Source: Phoronis australis
Taxonomy: Eukaryota > Animalia > Phoronida
Length of the DNA: 64,000 nt
Direction of reading: 5' to 3'
Assembly (NCBI GenBank): GCA_002633005.1
Contig: NMRA01000002.1
Span: 1,336,077-1,400,076, forward strand
Shown here: in pieces, positions 1 through 12,900 of the stretch
How positions within the stretch are numbered: the first letter of the stretch is position 1
Layout: the number at the start of each line of letters is the position of its first letter
Notes under the pieces: model-generated
What the model was told of the DNA's origin: nothing
Seen by the model: the letters and a program-made list of their open reading frames with translations, nothing else
Database searches by the model: none
Made by a program: the position numbers and the translations under genes

Positions 1-195
1 AACAGCGATTCTTAGGAAAGACCATGGTTCTGCCTGTTTATTGATCATGCTTAACAGTTGTGTGCTTCCTGTAACATTACAGATTAGCAGGTTAAAATGA
101 CAGATGTACCTGTGCAATAAAACTGTTTGATGGTTGCAAAGCCAAAAGGTGTCACTAGCTTACAGACTGTGACTGTCCATGAAAAGAATCCAACA

Positions 196-377
196 CTGAT
201 ACCCCCACCAGTCGAGTTTGGGCAACTCGACCATTTCGCTAACTTTAAAATCCACCGCCATCTTCATAGAAACCGTGCAGCTTCCTTTTCTGGATATTGA
301 TACGGGCAATCAGGTGCAAAATTGCCCATCATCAACGTGGTTGTAAACATGGGGGACGACAATTTGTTTCATTCGGC

Positions 378-425
<48 letters not shown>

Positions 426-560
426 CATTCTGTCCGGGTGTGCGCTCGATGTCTCGAAAGCCGCTGGTTGGATTTCGATGAAATTTGGCACAAGGGTTTA
501 GGACTGTGTCTGAGGTAAAGGCAACGTGGTTTTCCCTGTATTTTTGGGGAAGAACATTTC
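196..560 (+). mobile_element. Probable HINE-like repeat fragment containing an (AT)n microsatellite
   Basis: Hairpin GTCGAGTT-tgggc-AACTCGAC (211-231), (AT)20 at 381-420, and a gatgaaatttggcaca tract like those in the other HINE copies. Confidence 0.35.
381..421. repeat. (AT)n microsatellite
   Basis: About 20 perfect AT units. Confidence 0.98.
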
Positions 561-922
561 CAGAGGATTTCTAGAGATTTTTGGTTGGATTCTACTGCTG
601 CAGCTGTAGTAGCCTTGCACTGTGGACTCGTGTCAACACCCCACTGTTGCTCTTGGTTTAAAGTTTTATTTTGAAAGTTTTTAGGTAGCATACCTATTTC
701 AATAGTTTGTGAAAAGTACTCATGGTTAGGTTTTTGAACTTTGAAAATTGGACAAGAAATGTGACTTTGATAACCTGAAGTTAGAACGTATTCTGCTTCT
801 TAAATTCTGGTGGATGTGCAACATAATGGGTCAATTACTGATGGTCATGAACCAGCAGCAATTGGAAGTTTAGTTAAGTTAAGGGTCATTGTACAATTCT
901 GTCTATTTTGATTATTTAACAG

Positions 923-3900
923 CATGACTGTCCAAGAACACTTGATGTTCTTTGCTCAACTCAAGACTGACTCAGCTGCTTATAAGGTTAAACACGACGT
1001 GCATCGCATGTTGCGGAAGATTGACCTTAACAAGGTGCGCAACGAACTTGTGGCAAACCTCTCTGGTGGGCAGAGGCGCCGCCTGGCGGTTGCTATTGCT
1101 TTTATTGGTGACTCCAAAGTGATCATCCTGGATGAGCCTACGAGTGGTGTCGATCCGGCGGCCCGACGAAAGATCTGGGACATCATCACGAAACACAGAG
1201 AAGGTAGCTATGCAAAATATGTAGTCTTTTGGAAGATAAACATTGTTAACATTGAGTAGTTTTGGGATTGCTGTAAAAGCTTTCATTGTCAGTTCTTGTG
1301 GGTGCGAATGGGCCATGGGTTCATGGATCCTTGCAGTTTCTCAGTGTCATTGAACTTAAAGGGGTTACATTGTATTTGTCATTATTTTACTTTGACTTCA
1401 TCACTAATATTTTAAGTCTGGTCTGCATGACATCTGTTGGCCACATCACGGGACCTAATGAACATAAGTTTGAAAAGATCTCCGCCCCCAACCGAAGATC
1501 TTTTCAGATTTAAGTTAGGTCAAATGATATGGCCAACAGGTGGAGTGCAGACCAGATTTAAAATGTTTGTGGTCTATATTTCTATGCCGGTTCAAGATTT
1601 ACATGTATTTAATATATTATTTACTCTGACTTGTTTTGGCTTGTGGAAACTATCACAATACTGTTCCAATGATAAAGTAAATTTGAGTACAGGTTTATGT
1701 TAAAAGCGTGCTGGATCGTAATTTGTGCATTTGAATAGTTACAGGTTTGGGTGTGTAAGTTTTACATTTTGTTTGCTCTTTTCAGACCGTACTGTTGTGC
1801 TTTGTACCCACCATCTAGATGAAGCTGAACTCATCGGTGATAGAATCGCCATTTTGAACAAGGTATTGTAATGAAAATGCTGATTTAGCGTCAAGGTCAC
1901 AAAACAAAATGTTGAAGGTGATTTGAATTGTTAAGATATTAACTTTTCCTGTTTATTAGATTTGCTCTTGCAGTTACCATGGTGATGATGTAATGTTTGT
2001 GCATAGAAATGAAACATTTAAAACGCACAAATCCATTTTGTAAATGTGAGCTTAAGATAATGCTGTCCAAGCTTATATATTACCGTAGGTGCTTTTGACA
2101 GTATCGGCTTAGATATCAAATTTAACCTTTTGTAGTTTTATGTTTGGCATGCTTTAAAACTTTGGTTGGTATGCTCAGTTGTTTTTTGTTTTGATTATGA
2201 AGTGTTATTCTGCTGCCGTTCATTCAAAACTCATTGTTCATGTTTGTTCTTTTTCTGCCCCAGGAGGTAAGTGTCTTGTTCAGCAGCACAAAATAACAGC
2301 TTGTTGTTCATGGTTGATTTTGCTTACGGTTTCATCGAATGCTTTGGATTGAAATGTTTGGTTGACATTGGCGGATCCAGTGGAGGAGTCCTGGGGAGGG
2401 TCCAGGGGGTCCTGACCCCATTTTTAGCCGAAGCGGCAAAAAAATCCACAGGAAAAATATAAGACAATTTCTGTTTTTTTTCATCTTTATAGACTGCTGG
2501 GCAAAGAGATCTAGCAACATTGAATTCCATCGCTGGTTTTCTACTCATAGTGTGTGTTGTAGAATTCTCTTAAATATGAAATCTATTGTTTTACTCAAAT
2601 CTCCCCTTTCATGAAAACTGGACCCTCCTTTGGTTGATTTTTTGGCTGGCATCTCTTTGGGTTGCTTTTGGCACAAGTTATATGGCTAGAAAAAGGAATC
2701 TGTATAAGATTAGTTGCTATAAGTAAAAAGTTTAGACAGTTTCTTTCCTGTCAATATGAATGCTGGCACCAAACTCTGCTCACTTAGTTGATGCTTGCCT
2801 GTATATTTTGGATAATACCACTACGACACTGGCACCAAATTTCTGGGGCTCCTTTCATGAAAGTGACAAGACTTAAGACAGAAATTTGATCTTTCGTTCC
2901 CTCTTTGCAATTGCTGAATAGAGCTTTAGCCAAGCTATTAAATGAGTGTATCATAGTCTAGAAATAATTTATGAAAGATACCTCATTAATTAGCAGTTAT
3001 ATTTATATTCTCAGAGTCTGCTCTTTTTCTGAAATGAAATTTAGGATGAAAAATGTCCAGTTAGGGACAATGAAAACTTTATTATTTTGCTCAAGGTTGG
3101 AGCTTGTTCCAAACTTTAGAAATAGGATACATTTGAGTAATATGACAAACAACATAATTGATTATGCCCAAATCTCCAGAATCACAAAAATGAAGTTTTA
3201 GCTTTAATTTCGGTGTTCCAAATTTCAGAGACTGCCCAAACTGGGTAATTTTTTCCAAATTAATTAATAAAGAGCGTAAGACTATTTTTTGTCTTTTAAG
3301 ACTTAAAGTCTAGAAGGCCCTTTTCATGACACAGTCCTCTGCTCTTGTGGAGACACCTATTGCCTACTTTAGCAGTTATGGTGCGTGCCATATGTGCTAT
3401 TTATTTTTTGGACAGTTTTCAAGCTAAGCTCACTGTTTAACTGCCTTCTCACCTGTGTTAAAACTCAATACTCTGATCAACTTGAATTCCATCTACAAAA
3501 CGCTCAGTATTTGGTCGACCTGAGAATTGTGGGAATGATAAATACGCATTCATGTCCTTTGTTTTGTAAATCCTGCTCTTTGATTTTTTTACTCATTGCT
3601 AAATTTTAGTGTTGACAAATTTTCTTTTGATACTGTTATTAATATGTGTCATATGAATATGACGTGTGTTGATATTGTATTAGTGTGTTGTATTAGTATT
3701 TTGAAAATTATAATGATGAGTGTCAGTTCAATGTTTTTCTGGAAATCTTGGAAAATATGTTGAAAAGTGATTTATAGTCAGTGGTCTCCATATTCTCTGG
3801 ATTGGAAATTTTTGTTCGTTTTTTTTTTGCCTACTGCAACACTTCCTTCTGTGTTTTGAAATGTTTTTGGAAGAAACAGTGACATGTATTTTCTAATAGT

Positions 3901-6900
3901 TTATGACAGAAATGCTCCCTGTGTCATGCATTGAGACCCATGACATGCATGCATGCATTGAGACCATTATTCATATGACTTAAAATAAATATGAACATAG
4001 TAGTGGGTTTGGCACGCTGATGCAGAGGACAATGGTACACCCCACTGTTAAAGTCGTGTAGTGCAAATAACCATGTGTTGGATACACATGCACACTGGAC
4101 CGTGCCTGTATTCATTGTGGTCAGTGATTAGTAATCTCAGCTTCAGTCCTGGCTTGTCATCTGGCATCAATTCTGTAGTTATCAACAATCATGGTTATTG
4201 GTGAACGCCCCATTATAGTCAGGCTGTTGGATGCAGGTCTTAATAAAACATTATTAAATACTTAACTGTTACCTGTAAATTGCCATCTTCGTTGAGCTGA
4301 TTCGGTAGTTCATCATGTGTCTGACCTCAGTCTTGTCTCCACCTCATCTGATACAGTTGCTAAATGAGTATCTGTGTAATAGTCACCTGTGACGACTATT
4401 TTTTGATTATTTTATTAATTTTTATCCAGGGTAAACTTGTCTGCAACGGATCCCCCATGTTCCTTCGTGCCAAGTTTGGAGATGGCTACCAACTGACTAT
4501 TTCAAAGAAGCAAGAGGTCACATCAGAGAATTCTGGTAAGTGCAGTGTATGGTTGGCCATAGTGTAATGTATGGTTGACCAAAGTATATGTGATTGTCCA
4601 GAATAGTCTGTGGTCATTGCTGGGCTACTGGTCTTGTACCATAAGTGACGTCCGTGACATGTCATGTAATCGTCACCACCCACCTTGATAGTTTTGTGTT
4701 TTGGCTGTAAAACTGCTCTATCGCACTCTATCATAGCGGCTCTCAAGACTACGAACTAATTCACACGTTGGGAATTTTTTTTGATATTGCCCATAGTCGC
4801 ACCCAAATGACTATGAATCGCAATGGCTCTATAGTGATGAGGGTCTTGCTACGGCGTCACTATTCAGATGGTCAGTGATGACGTATCTGCCACCATTACA
4901 GCACGATTTGCACCCACAAATAGAAATTCAACAAATCACATTTTCAAAAATTTTGCAGGTTTTAGATTTTTTTCAAATTTGAGTAAACATGGGGACAATT
5001 TAACACTTGAAATTTTTCCAAATTTATGTGTTTGGATTAACTGGACGGTGTGCTCTGACAACAGATGCATCCTTTGTATGTTCCCAGGGAGAAGGATTAG
5101 GATTGGCCCTCCTCCAGGTAATAATTTTGAAGTGCGTATAATTGTGGCCTAATTATTGTTTTAATTTTGGCGTTATAACTTTTATTATTTAACTGGGTTC
5201 ATTAAGTCAAAATGTTGTCTTACTAAACAAGCAAATAGTAGAGTTTCGGTATGGTCGACTGTGGCGCTATAGTGACCCCTGATGGTTTTAAACAGTTTGA
5301 AACTTCTGTCACAAGATGCATTACATCATAAATGAAGTACGTCACTGCCAATTTCTCTTCGAATCTCCACGATTGGTTCTGATTTCCAGCACCATAGATC
5401 ATTATATCTTTTTGTGCCTAGCCTGATATTCTTTCTTCATTGTTTTATCATTCACATCAACACAGGCTTGAGTGGCATGAATGGTCTTGGCAGGTTAAGA
5501 TTTAAATGAAAAAATTAATAATGATTTCCTTTTTCGTTCTTTGACAAAAATACACATTAATTTTAGTCCGATAAACGATCCTTTCCTCAATGCTTATCAT
5601 GCCGACTTTTAAAAAAATTTGAAAAGATTTGATTCGCCAAATTCAGACAACTGTGAAAAGGCAAATTTTGGAGGTCGGCCAAATTCGGACACCTCAAAGT
5701 TCCAGACCCGCATGATTCGTCCAAGAATGAATGCATTGTACTCAGGGCTTGGAATTTTCCACGGAAACGCGGATTTCCGCTTTTTTCAAATGTTCTGTCG
5801 GCGCATTTTATTATATTTCCGCGTTAAAAAAATCGGATTTGATATAAAATTTCCGCGGCAAATTCGTTTCTTACTGCGGCGTTGCCGACGACGTTCACCT
5901 CGAAAAGCGGAAGTTGCTCGTTATGTTTCGGAGGAACAGAAATTGTCAACATTGCCGGGGCATCTGGGATAGCGTGGTGGGATTTTCAATGGCGACTCAT
6001 GTGATTGTAAACCGTGGTGACAAATACTACGGCTCTGCAGCCAAAAATGTGTGGGGGTGGGAGTGGATGGACAAGATAAAAAGACGCAGACGCATGCTAC
6101 TGATGGTGGTGATGGTGGTAAGGTTTTTTATTCTTTTTTTAGTCCTACCGATTTTCGTCGGCGAAAGGTTCACATCGACTAATTCAAGGCTGGGTAGCGC
6201 GCATGTTTTGGGCCGTAAAAGTTTCCGCGTTTTTTGTCATTCGTCATTCCAAGCCCTGTGTACTGGAATTTATTTTAAGTTTCCGAAAGTGACACGACTA
6301 CAGTATAGCTGTGAATGAGGCTATACGTTGTATCTATGCATTTCACCTCTTAGCACCATGTAAATCAATATGCTTACACATATAATGAACACAGCTTTTT
6401 TGTTCAGAAAAATGAAAACTGTTTAATTTTCTTTGTAAATGTAAGAATTTGTTTGACTTTTGTTTAGAACTATTTGGTGTGCGCACACGTGTGCGAATCG
6501 GTGATCAAGAACTTTGCCTTCCCAAACATTTTGGTCGCGCAAAGAGGAATGAGAGTAAGATAAGATAACTGCAAAGTCTACCAAGCTTGTTGAGTTATAG
6601 TTATATTTTTAACATTCAGTTCAAAGATTGCATTGCCGTGCTGTCTTACTTACTAAAGTCTATAAGTTGCTGTTGATTATTGAAGTTTATTTAAAATCTC
6701 AAGCAAGTCTTGTCAGGTCAGTCGTGCACTTGATGCAATAACTAAGTCAAAGGGTAGAAACAACATGGCTGCCACACTCGTGAACATAGTTGCACGCTGG
6801 TTATCGTGGCTTATGTACCAGTTACATCAGTTCACTCACTGACTCACATCTCAGCGGACAACAACTATGGTGCTCGACTCACAAACCATGGTTTCACATC

Positions 6901-9900
6901 CCAAAACCAGGACTCCCGACTCACAAAAGCAGCTCACTTTCTGACTAACACTCACTGCACATGATCGGCTACCCTTGTTTGTGATTGTCTTCTCGGCAAG
7001 TATTGACCTGCAAGCTTAAATATTGTGAAATTACTTAAAATTGTTAACAAGCTTGTGTTGGACTTGCAGCTTTATAGAACAGATCCCTCTTCTATTATAG
7101 TTGACTTATTATACTATTTGTTCTTGTATCCTGTTTCTCTCAACACATACTATAGCCTTTATTGTCTGCCGTAAATGTCATTTTTCAGGTAAAACATACA
7201 GTGACTTTAATTTTGTTTGGCTAAAAGATGGCTGGTATAAAACAGTTTTTCAAGGAAAATAAGAATTCTTAATTTATTAAAATTTAATTTGTTAAATGCA
7301 TTTATCGTCATTCTTTTGACATCTGTCACTTTTTTGTATATCAACCCTTAGGCTTTATTTTACATTACTCATTTCTATTTAATATGTCCTCCAGGTCCTA
7401 CTTTATTTGTATTCGTACATCTCTCTACTTCACACCTGATTGGTCACTCACAGACATAGTTTCTTTGTCCAATGAAGTGTGGTCTAGTTCACCCAGCCTC
7501 CTATCTCGTCTACAAGAGCTCTACGTTTTTGCTCAGTATAAGAATTTACATATTACAGGCAGTATTGATTGCAACAGACATAACAATGCTGTCTGCAAGA
7601 CATTTTGTTGCTTTCCTCGGTCTTCATCTCGCTATGTACACCAAATAAATTGTACCTCTTCATCATTTCTTTTTTCTTGGGGTGTAAGAACCACTAGTTT
7701 GTGGTGTGAAAGATATTTCGGCCACCCTCTTTCTTGATTTTGGATGTGCTGTTTATGACAAGTACCTCCTTTGTCCTGCCTTGTTGTACTTCTTGAACTT
7801 GAGTGGTCCGCTTATGCAGTCTTTTCACCTCACAAACAACTGATCAATTCTATCATGCCATTGACTTCAAAAATTGATCAGGTGACCTTTGTGTATGTTT
7901 GGCGTACTACTCTGCCCTCTAGTAACAAGATTCTTATGTTACCTTTCACCTCACTCAAGGATATTATATATCTTTTTGGATGTAGTGTATAGTATAACTG
8001 TGACCATTTCTTATCTTGATGAACAAAGAAAGTGAATTAACAGAATATGTGTTAGTTAAGGACTAGACATGACTGTTATGCTGTAGTTCTCATAGCAAAA
8101 AATATTCCCAGATATATTGCGCCACCTATTGACGATTATGTCTTTTTGCTATTTCTGTGAGCAACTTGAGAACATTGATCCGAAATCTCTTAAATGTCGT
8201 TCATTGTCAGTATCTGAATTTTGTCTGGCCTTATCATTGTTTACAGTTATTTTTGCACATAATCTCTACCAGATGCAAAGTATTAACAAAAGTACTCGGA
8301 TAAAATACCATTTCTCCATCATAACGGTTAATGCTCTGTTGACATCAAAATTGACTGGAAATGATTATTTTTGTGGCAAAATTCTAGTCGCAGAATGGCG
8401 TAGCCACATTACCTATTTTCCTTTTAAATTTCTTCTCGGTAATGGGGGAAGGTTGTTCTGATGATGAATTTGGTTGGCACCTCGCTGTCATGACTGGGAC
8501 TTCCACCTAATTTGGTTAGCACCTCACTGCCATGACTGGGACTTCCACCTAATTTGGTTGGCACCTCGCTGCCATGACTGGGACTTCCACCTTATTTGGT
8601 TGGCACCTTCGCTGCCATGACTGGGACTTCCACCTTATTTTGTCTGTACTCTTGGTGTATACACAAGTAATCTGAAATGAACATTTGATGTTTTGTGAAA
8701 CTGAAGAGCTTTAGGTGCTTTAATTAATAAATTTAAAATGAATAAAGATTGGAGGTACAGAACATTAACTACCTTATTCAATGCATGTGTTGTGCCTGTT
8801 AGCAGTTGTTGTGTATGTATCTGGGGTGGCTCTAGTTTACAGAGTTGAGCTGTCGCGATTTTTCTTGGGGGTTTGCAAATTTTCTTCTAGACCTGCTGTT
8901 AAGGGTGACATGGGGTTGGAATTTCCCTGTGTTAGCCAAAAACTGAGCTCTTGAGAATGCAGAATTGTGTTATTAATTTCGAGGTCGATAGACTAACATA
9001 TCGAATATTTTGGTGGGGTTACACAACCTTTACTAATAACTTGTCTTCTGAAGTTTTAAACATTTGTGAAGAATTAGGCATTATGTATTGTTTTCATAAT
9101 TTACATCCAGTTAATCTCTCTCACTGTAAGAATGTTTTGCATGATTTGGCTTGTAATAGGTGGCTGTTTGTATGCCGTTTGAAACCAAAATTAGGAGCCT
9201 ATTTTTGATGAAGAATGTTTTTGAAGTAAAGCCGTATGAACAGTTAGGCTTAACTCTGCCTTGTTGGTCAATTCTTGCTGAAATAGGGTAAGAACCCTAC
9301 AGTTACTGGTTGATGTTCGGCATTTTCGCTCTCTGGAATTTGATGATAGAATTTGCTGTCTTTGTCTCACTGGTCAGGTTGAAATGGAAGTACATTTTCT
9401 GTTTGGGTGTACATTTTTCTTAGATGCCAGAAACACCTTTTACTCTCAAGTTGAGATTAAATATCCACGATTTCGTGCAGAAAGCTGTGAAAGTAAATTG
9501 CTTGCCATGAGGCAAAAAGATATCAGGAAAACTACATTCTTCTTGAAAAATATTTTTGAGGTACGGAAAAATGGCATTCATGTGTGATCACTCTATCACA
9601 GTGTTTGTTTTTGATCCTTTTGACTTTGATGTGATGCATGTACACTCTTGTTTTTTTGGTTTTGTCATGTGTCTAAAGAGACTTGATGCTATGCGGTGGC
9701 CTGGGTGTTCTTGTTTTGTTATTTGTTTAAATCCATGTGTATGAACACATCACTTTACTAAAAAATACTTACTTAGTACAGTTACCTGATTCAATATTAA
9801 CCAAGTGTAATAAAAATCTATGCAATAACATGCTCGGCTTTTTCATCATGCACTTAAAGCACTGTCGGAAAATCTTAAAAGTGGTCAATCGCAGTAGGCT

Positions 9901-12900
9901 TACGAACCCTTCGTGATGAAAATTCAACCTTTTATATGTAGATGCTGCAGACTGTACAAGTGAAAATGCTGTAACTGAGTTCATCGCTAGCCGTATGCCC
10001 GGAGCTCGTCTCATCTCTTCACTGGGTAGTCAGCTGATCTATGTGTTACCCAGAGAGCAGCAGGGGATCTACCATCGGTTCTTCCAAGAGTTGGATCATC
10101 ATAAGGACGAGTTGAACATTGGGAACTATGGCGTCAGTGACTCATCCTTGGAGAGTGTAAGCAGAGTCAAACTTTTTTCAGACGAGTGTGATGTAAAGCG
10201 TCAGTTTGCCTCCTAGGGTTTTGTTGCCGGGGAATTATTCAGCGGAATTCCAAACAGGTCATTGAAAGAAGTTCACGTAGTGATCTGTAACAAGAGAAGG
10301 TAAAACTGACTTGGCCTTCAGAGAGGTTCTCTGTGGAACAATATTTTGTTAATATTTGATTACTTTAAGTTTGTCTTTTACTTTTATATATAAATTACTT
10401 GCTGGTATTGCAGTTGGTGATTTCTAATGAGTGCCACAAATTTGTACTTTTATTTTGAAGATCTACTTGAAAGTGTGCAAGGAGAGTTTACGACGAGGCA
10501 GCGAAAACCCGGGTTTTAGGGACTTCAACCAAGAAGAGACCGAGACACATGTCCCTTCAGAAGGTCAGTAATTGGAGTAGGCTTCAAGGAATGACAAGCT
10601 ACATTCGTGACAATCTATCAATGAAGGTTGTTCACATTGTAACTAATTGAGCCCAATCGGCAGAAAATGTTAGTAATCATTCGTCACTGTTTTTTACGGA
10701 AATGACTTCAACAGATGGACGCATATTGTACCAATCTAGCTCTATACGTGCATCTGGCATCCGTGGCTATATCTCTGAAATTCTGTGGAGGAACTTCACG
10801 GAATTGGGCATGTAGGAATACGACAGATGAGGATGACTCTCAGACAAATTTGGCTACAATTTTATTTTTTTACGCAAACTGCCAAATCCCTTGATGGTTG
10901 TTTTCAAAACTTGGCAAATCTGATGTGCTCGTGTCATGGAGGGTATGTCATTGCACAATGTAGGGACATCTTCGGCGTGTTGTCCATCTCCTAGCAGGAA
11001 TTTTGGTGTTTGATTCCTTTGGGATCCCTTTATCTCTTCACCAAAGGGTTTAAAAGGTTTTTTCGTGAAAAATTTGAGGGATATGTTCTTGTTGACACCT
11101 ATTTTCTGACAAATCTGACTACTAATCCTCTAGTGGCACTTTAATTTACGTATATATGTTTTCTGTTTACGTGACCATGGCTTGCGTTGAGTTTTAGACG
11201 ACTTTTGGGTCTTTCCTTGTGACAATTTTCTGTACTGTCTCAGTTCACAAACCTTTCAGAAACTTAGTCTATGATTCAATGCATTTTTTTACCTCCATAT
11301 GAGGAGAGTTGAATTTGGGAGATGTGTACTGTTGTTTAATTAAGCCAGTAATTCTGCATCAGTTGTGAAATTTCTCACATTGTTTTCCACATCCACTTAG
11401 ATGTTACGGTCAGTGTTGACACAAGTCTCCCCCAACTGAACGGTCAGCGCACATCCGGTTGTGGTCTCAAGATGCAACAGCTGGGTGCCCTGCTGGCCAA
11501 ACGGTTCCACCATCATAAGAGATACTGGCGCGGTTACATCTCCACCATCTTGGTGCCTATGTTGTTGATGTGTCTAGCCATGGGCTCATCACTTTTGACC
11601 CCTCGAGACAAACAGCAGCCATCCCTACAGCTACAAACCTCACTCTACCAACCAAGTCATGTCTACATCAAGTAAGTGTCCTTCATCAGTAATTTGTATC
11701 AGGGCTTGGAATTTTCCGCGGAAATGCGGATTTCCGCTTTTTTCAAATGTTCTGTCCGCGCATTTTATTATATTTCCGCGTAAAAAAAATCGGATTTGAT
11801 ATAAAATTTCCACGGCAAATTCCTTTCTTTTTTTTAGTCCTCCCGATTTTTGTCGGGGAAAGGTGGAAAGGTTTACATCGACCATTTCAAGGCTGGGTAG
11901 CGCGCATAGTTTGGGCCGTAAAAGTTTCCGCGTTCTTTGTCATTAGTCATTCCAAACCCTGTTGTATAGGCACAGCATTCAGAAAATACAATTTCTTGAA
12001 TTAAATTCTACAGTTTTGTGAGTATTTGGCATAACACACAGACTAGTTAACAAGGTCTTACATATCATTAACAATTCCCCCATTCAGAGGTACTTGTTAT
12101 TTCCCAATTGATTTTTAAAGTAGCGAAAATAGCTGTTTGAATTCTTCTTTTTCTTGTTTCTTTTTCTTAAAATTTTCCTTGTTTCTTTTTCTTTAACTTT
12201 TTCCTTGTTTCTTTTTCTTTAACTATCATTAGCAATTTCTTGATTCTTTTTCTTTAACTACCAGTAGTAATCTTTAAAAATTTGTTTTAGGAATGCTGAC
12301 TCTTCTCTTGAGAGCAAGCAGATCAAAGCAGCTTTCACAGGACCTAGTGGTCTTGGAACAACATGTATGCCTGGACAGAACATGACTTGGTTAGACTGGA
12401 AATTGTAAGTAGTGGAGGGTTGATGGGGTTAATACAATACATGTTTAATGCCGACTGATAAGGTGACGACATGAGTTCAGCTGTGGACATGTTGAACAAG
12501 CATGTGAACTAAATGGTACTGTTCAGGGTGTCTCTTTGCTTTATGCCATGCTAGGACCTGTAGAAGCTGTAGTTTTAGTACAGAAGTGTATAGTAATTGG
12601 TTGTTGTTCTCGTCTTTGTACATATTTATCGCATCTGTGTACCAACTGACTCCCTATTGTGACATGGAGTAATTTCGAAGCCGATATGAAGCACAGCATT
12701 TTATTTTTGCTAATTACATTTTAGTGAACATCTGGCCAAGTAAAATAATTAGAAACATTTTGTGTGAATGAAATACACAGTCATGGTTAAGTCACGTATC
12801 ACTAATGCATCTTGTTTGCTAATTTGATTTTTGATTTGTTTTTATTAATTTCTAACTTGTGGTTGTTGTGTTGTGCATTCAGGAAGAAGATTGAAGGTCA

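Noticed and set aside
5619-6318. ORFs similar to the ORF at 11747-12004
   Set aside because: The similarity comes from the shared MITE; there are no transposase motifs
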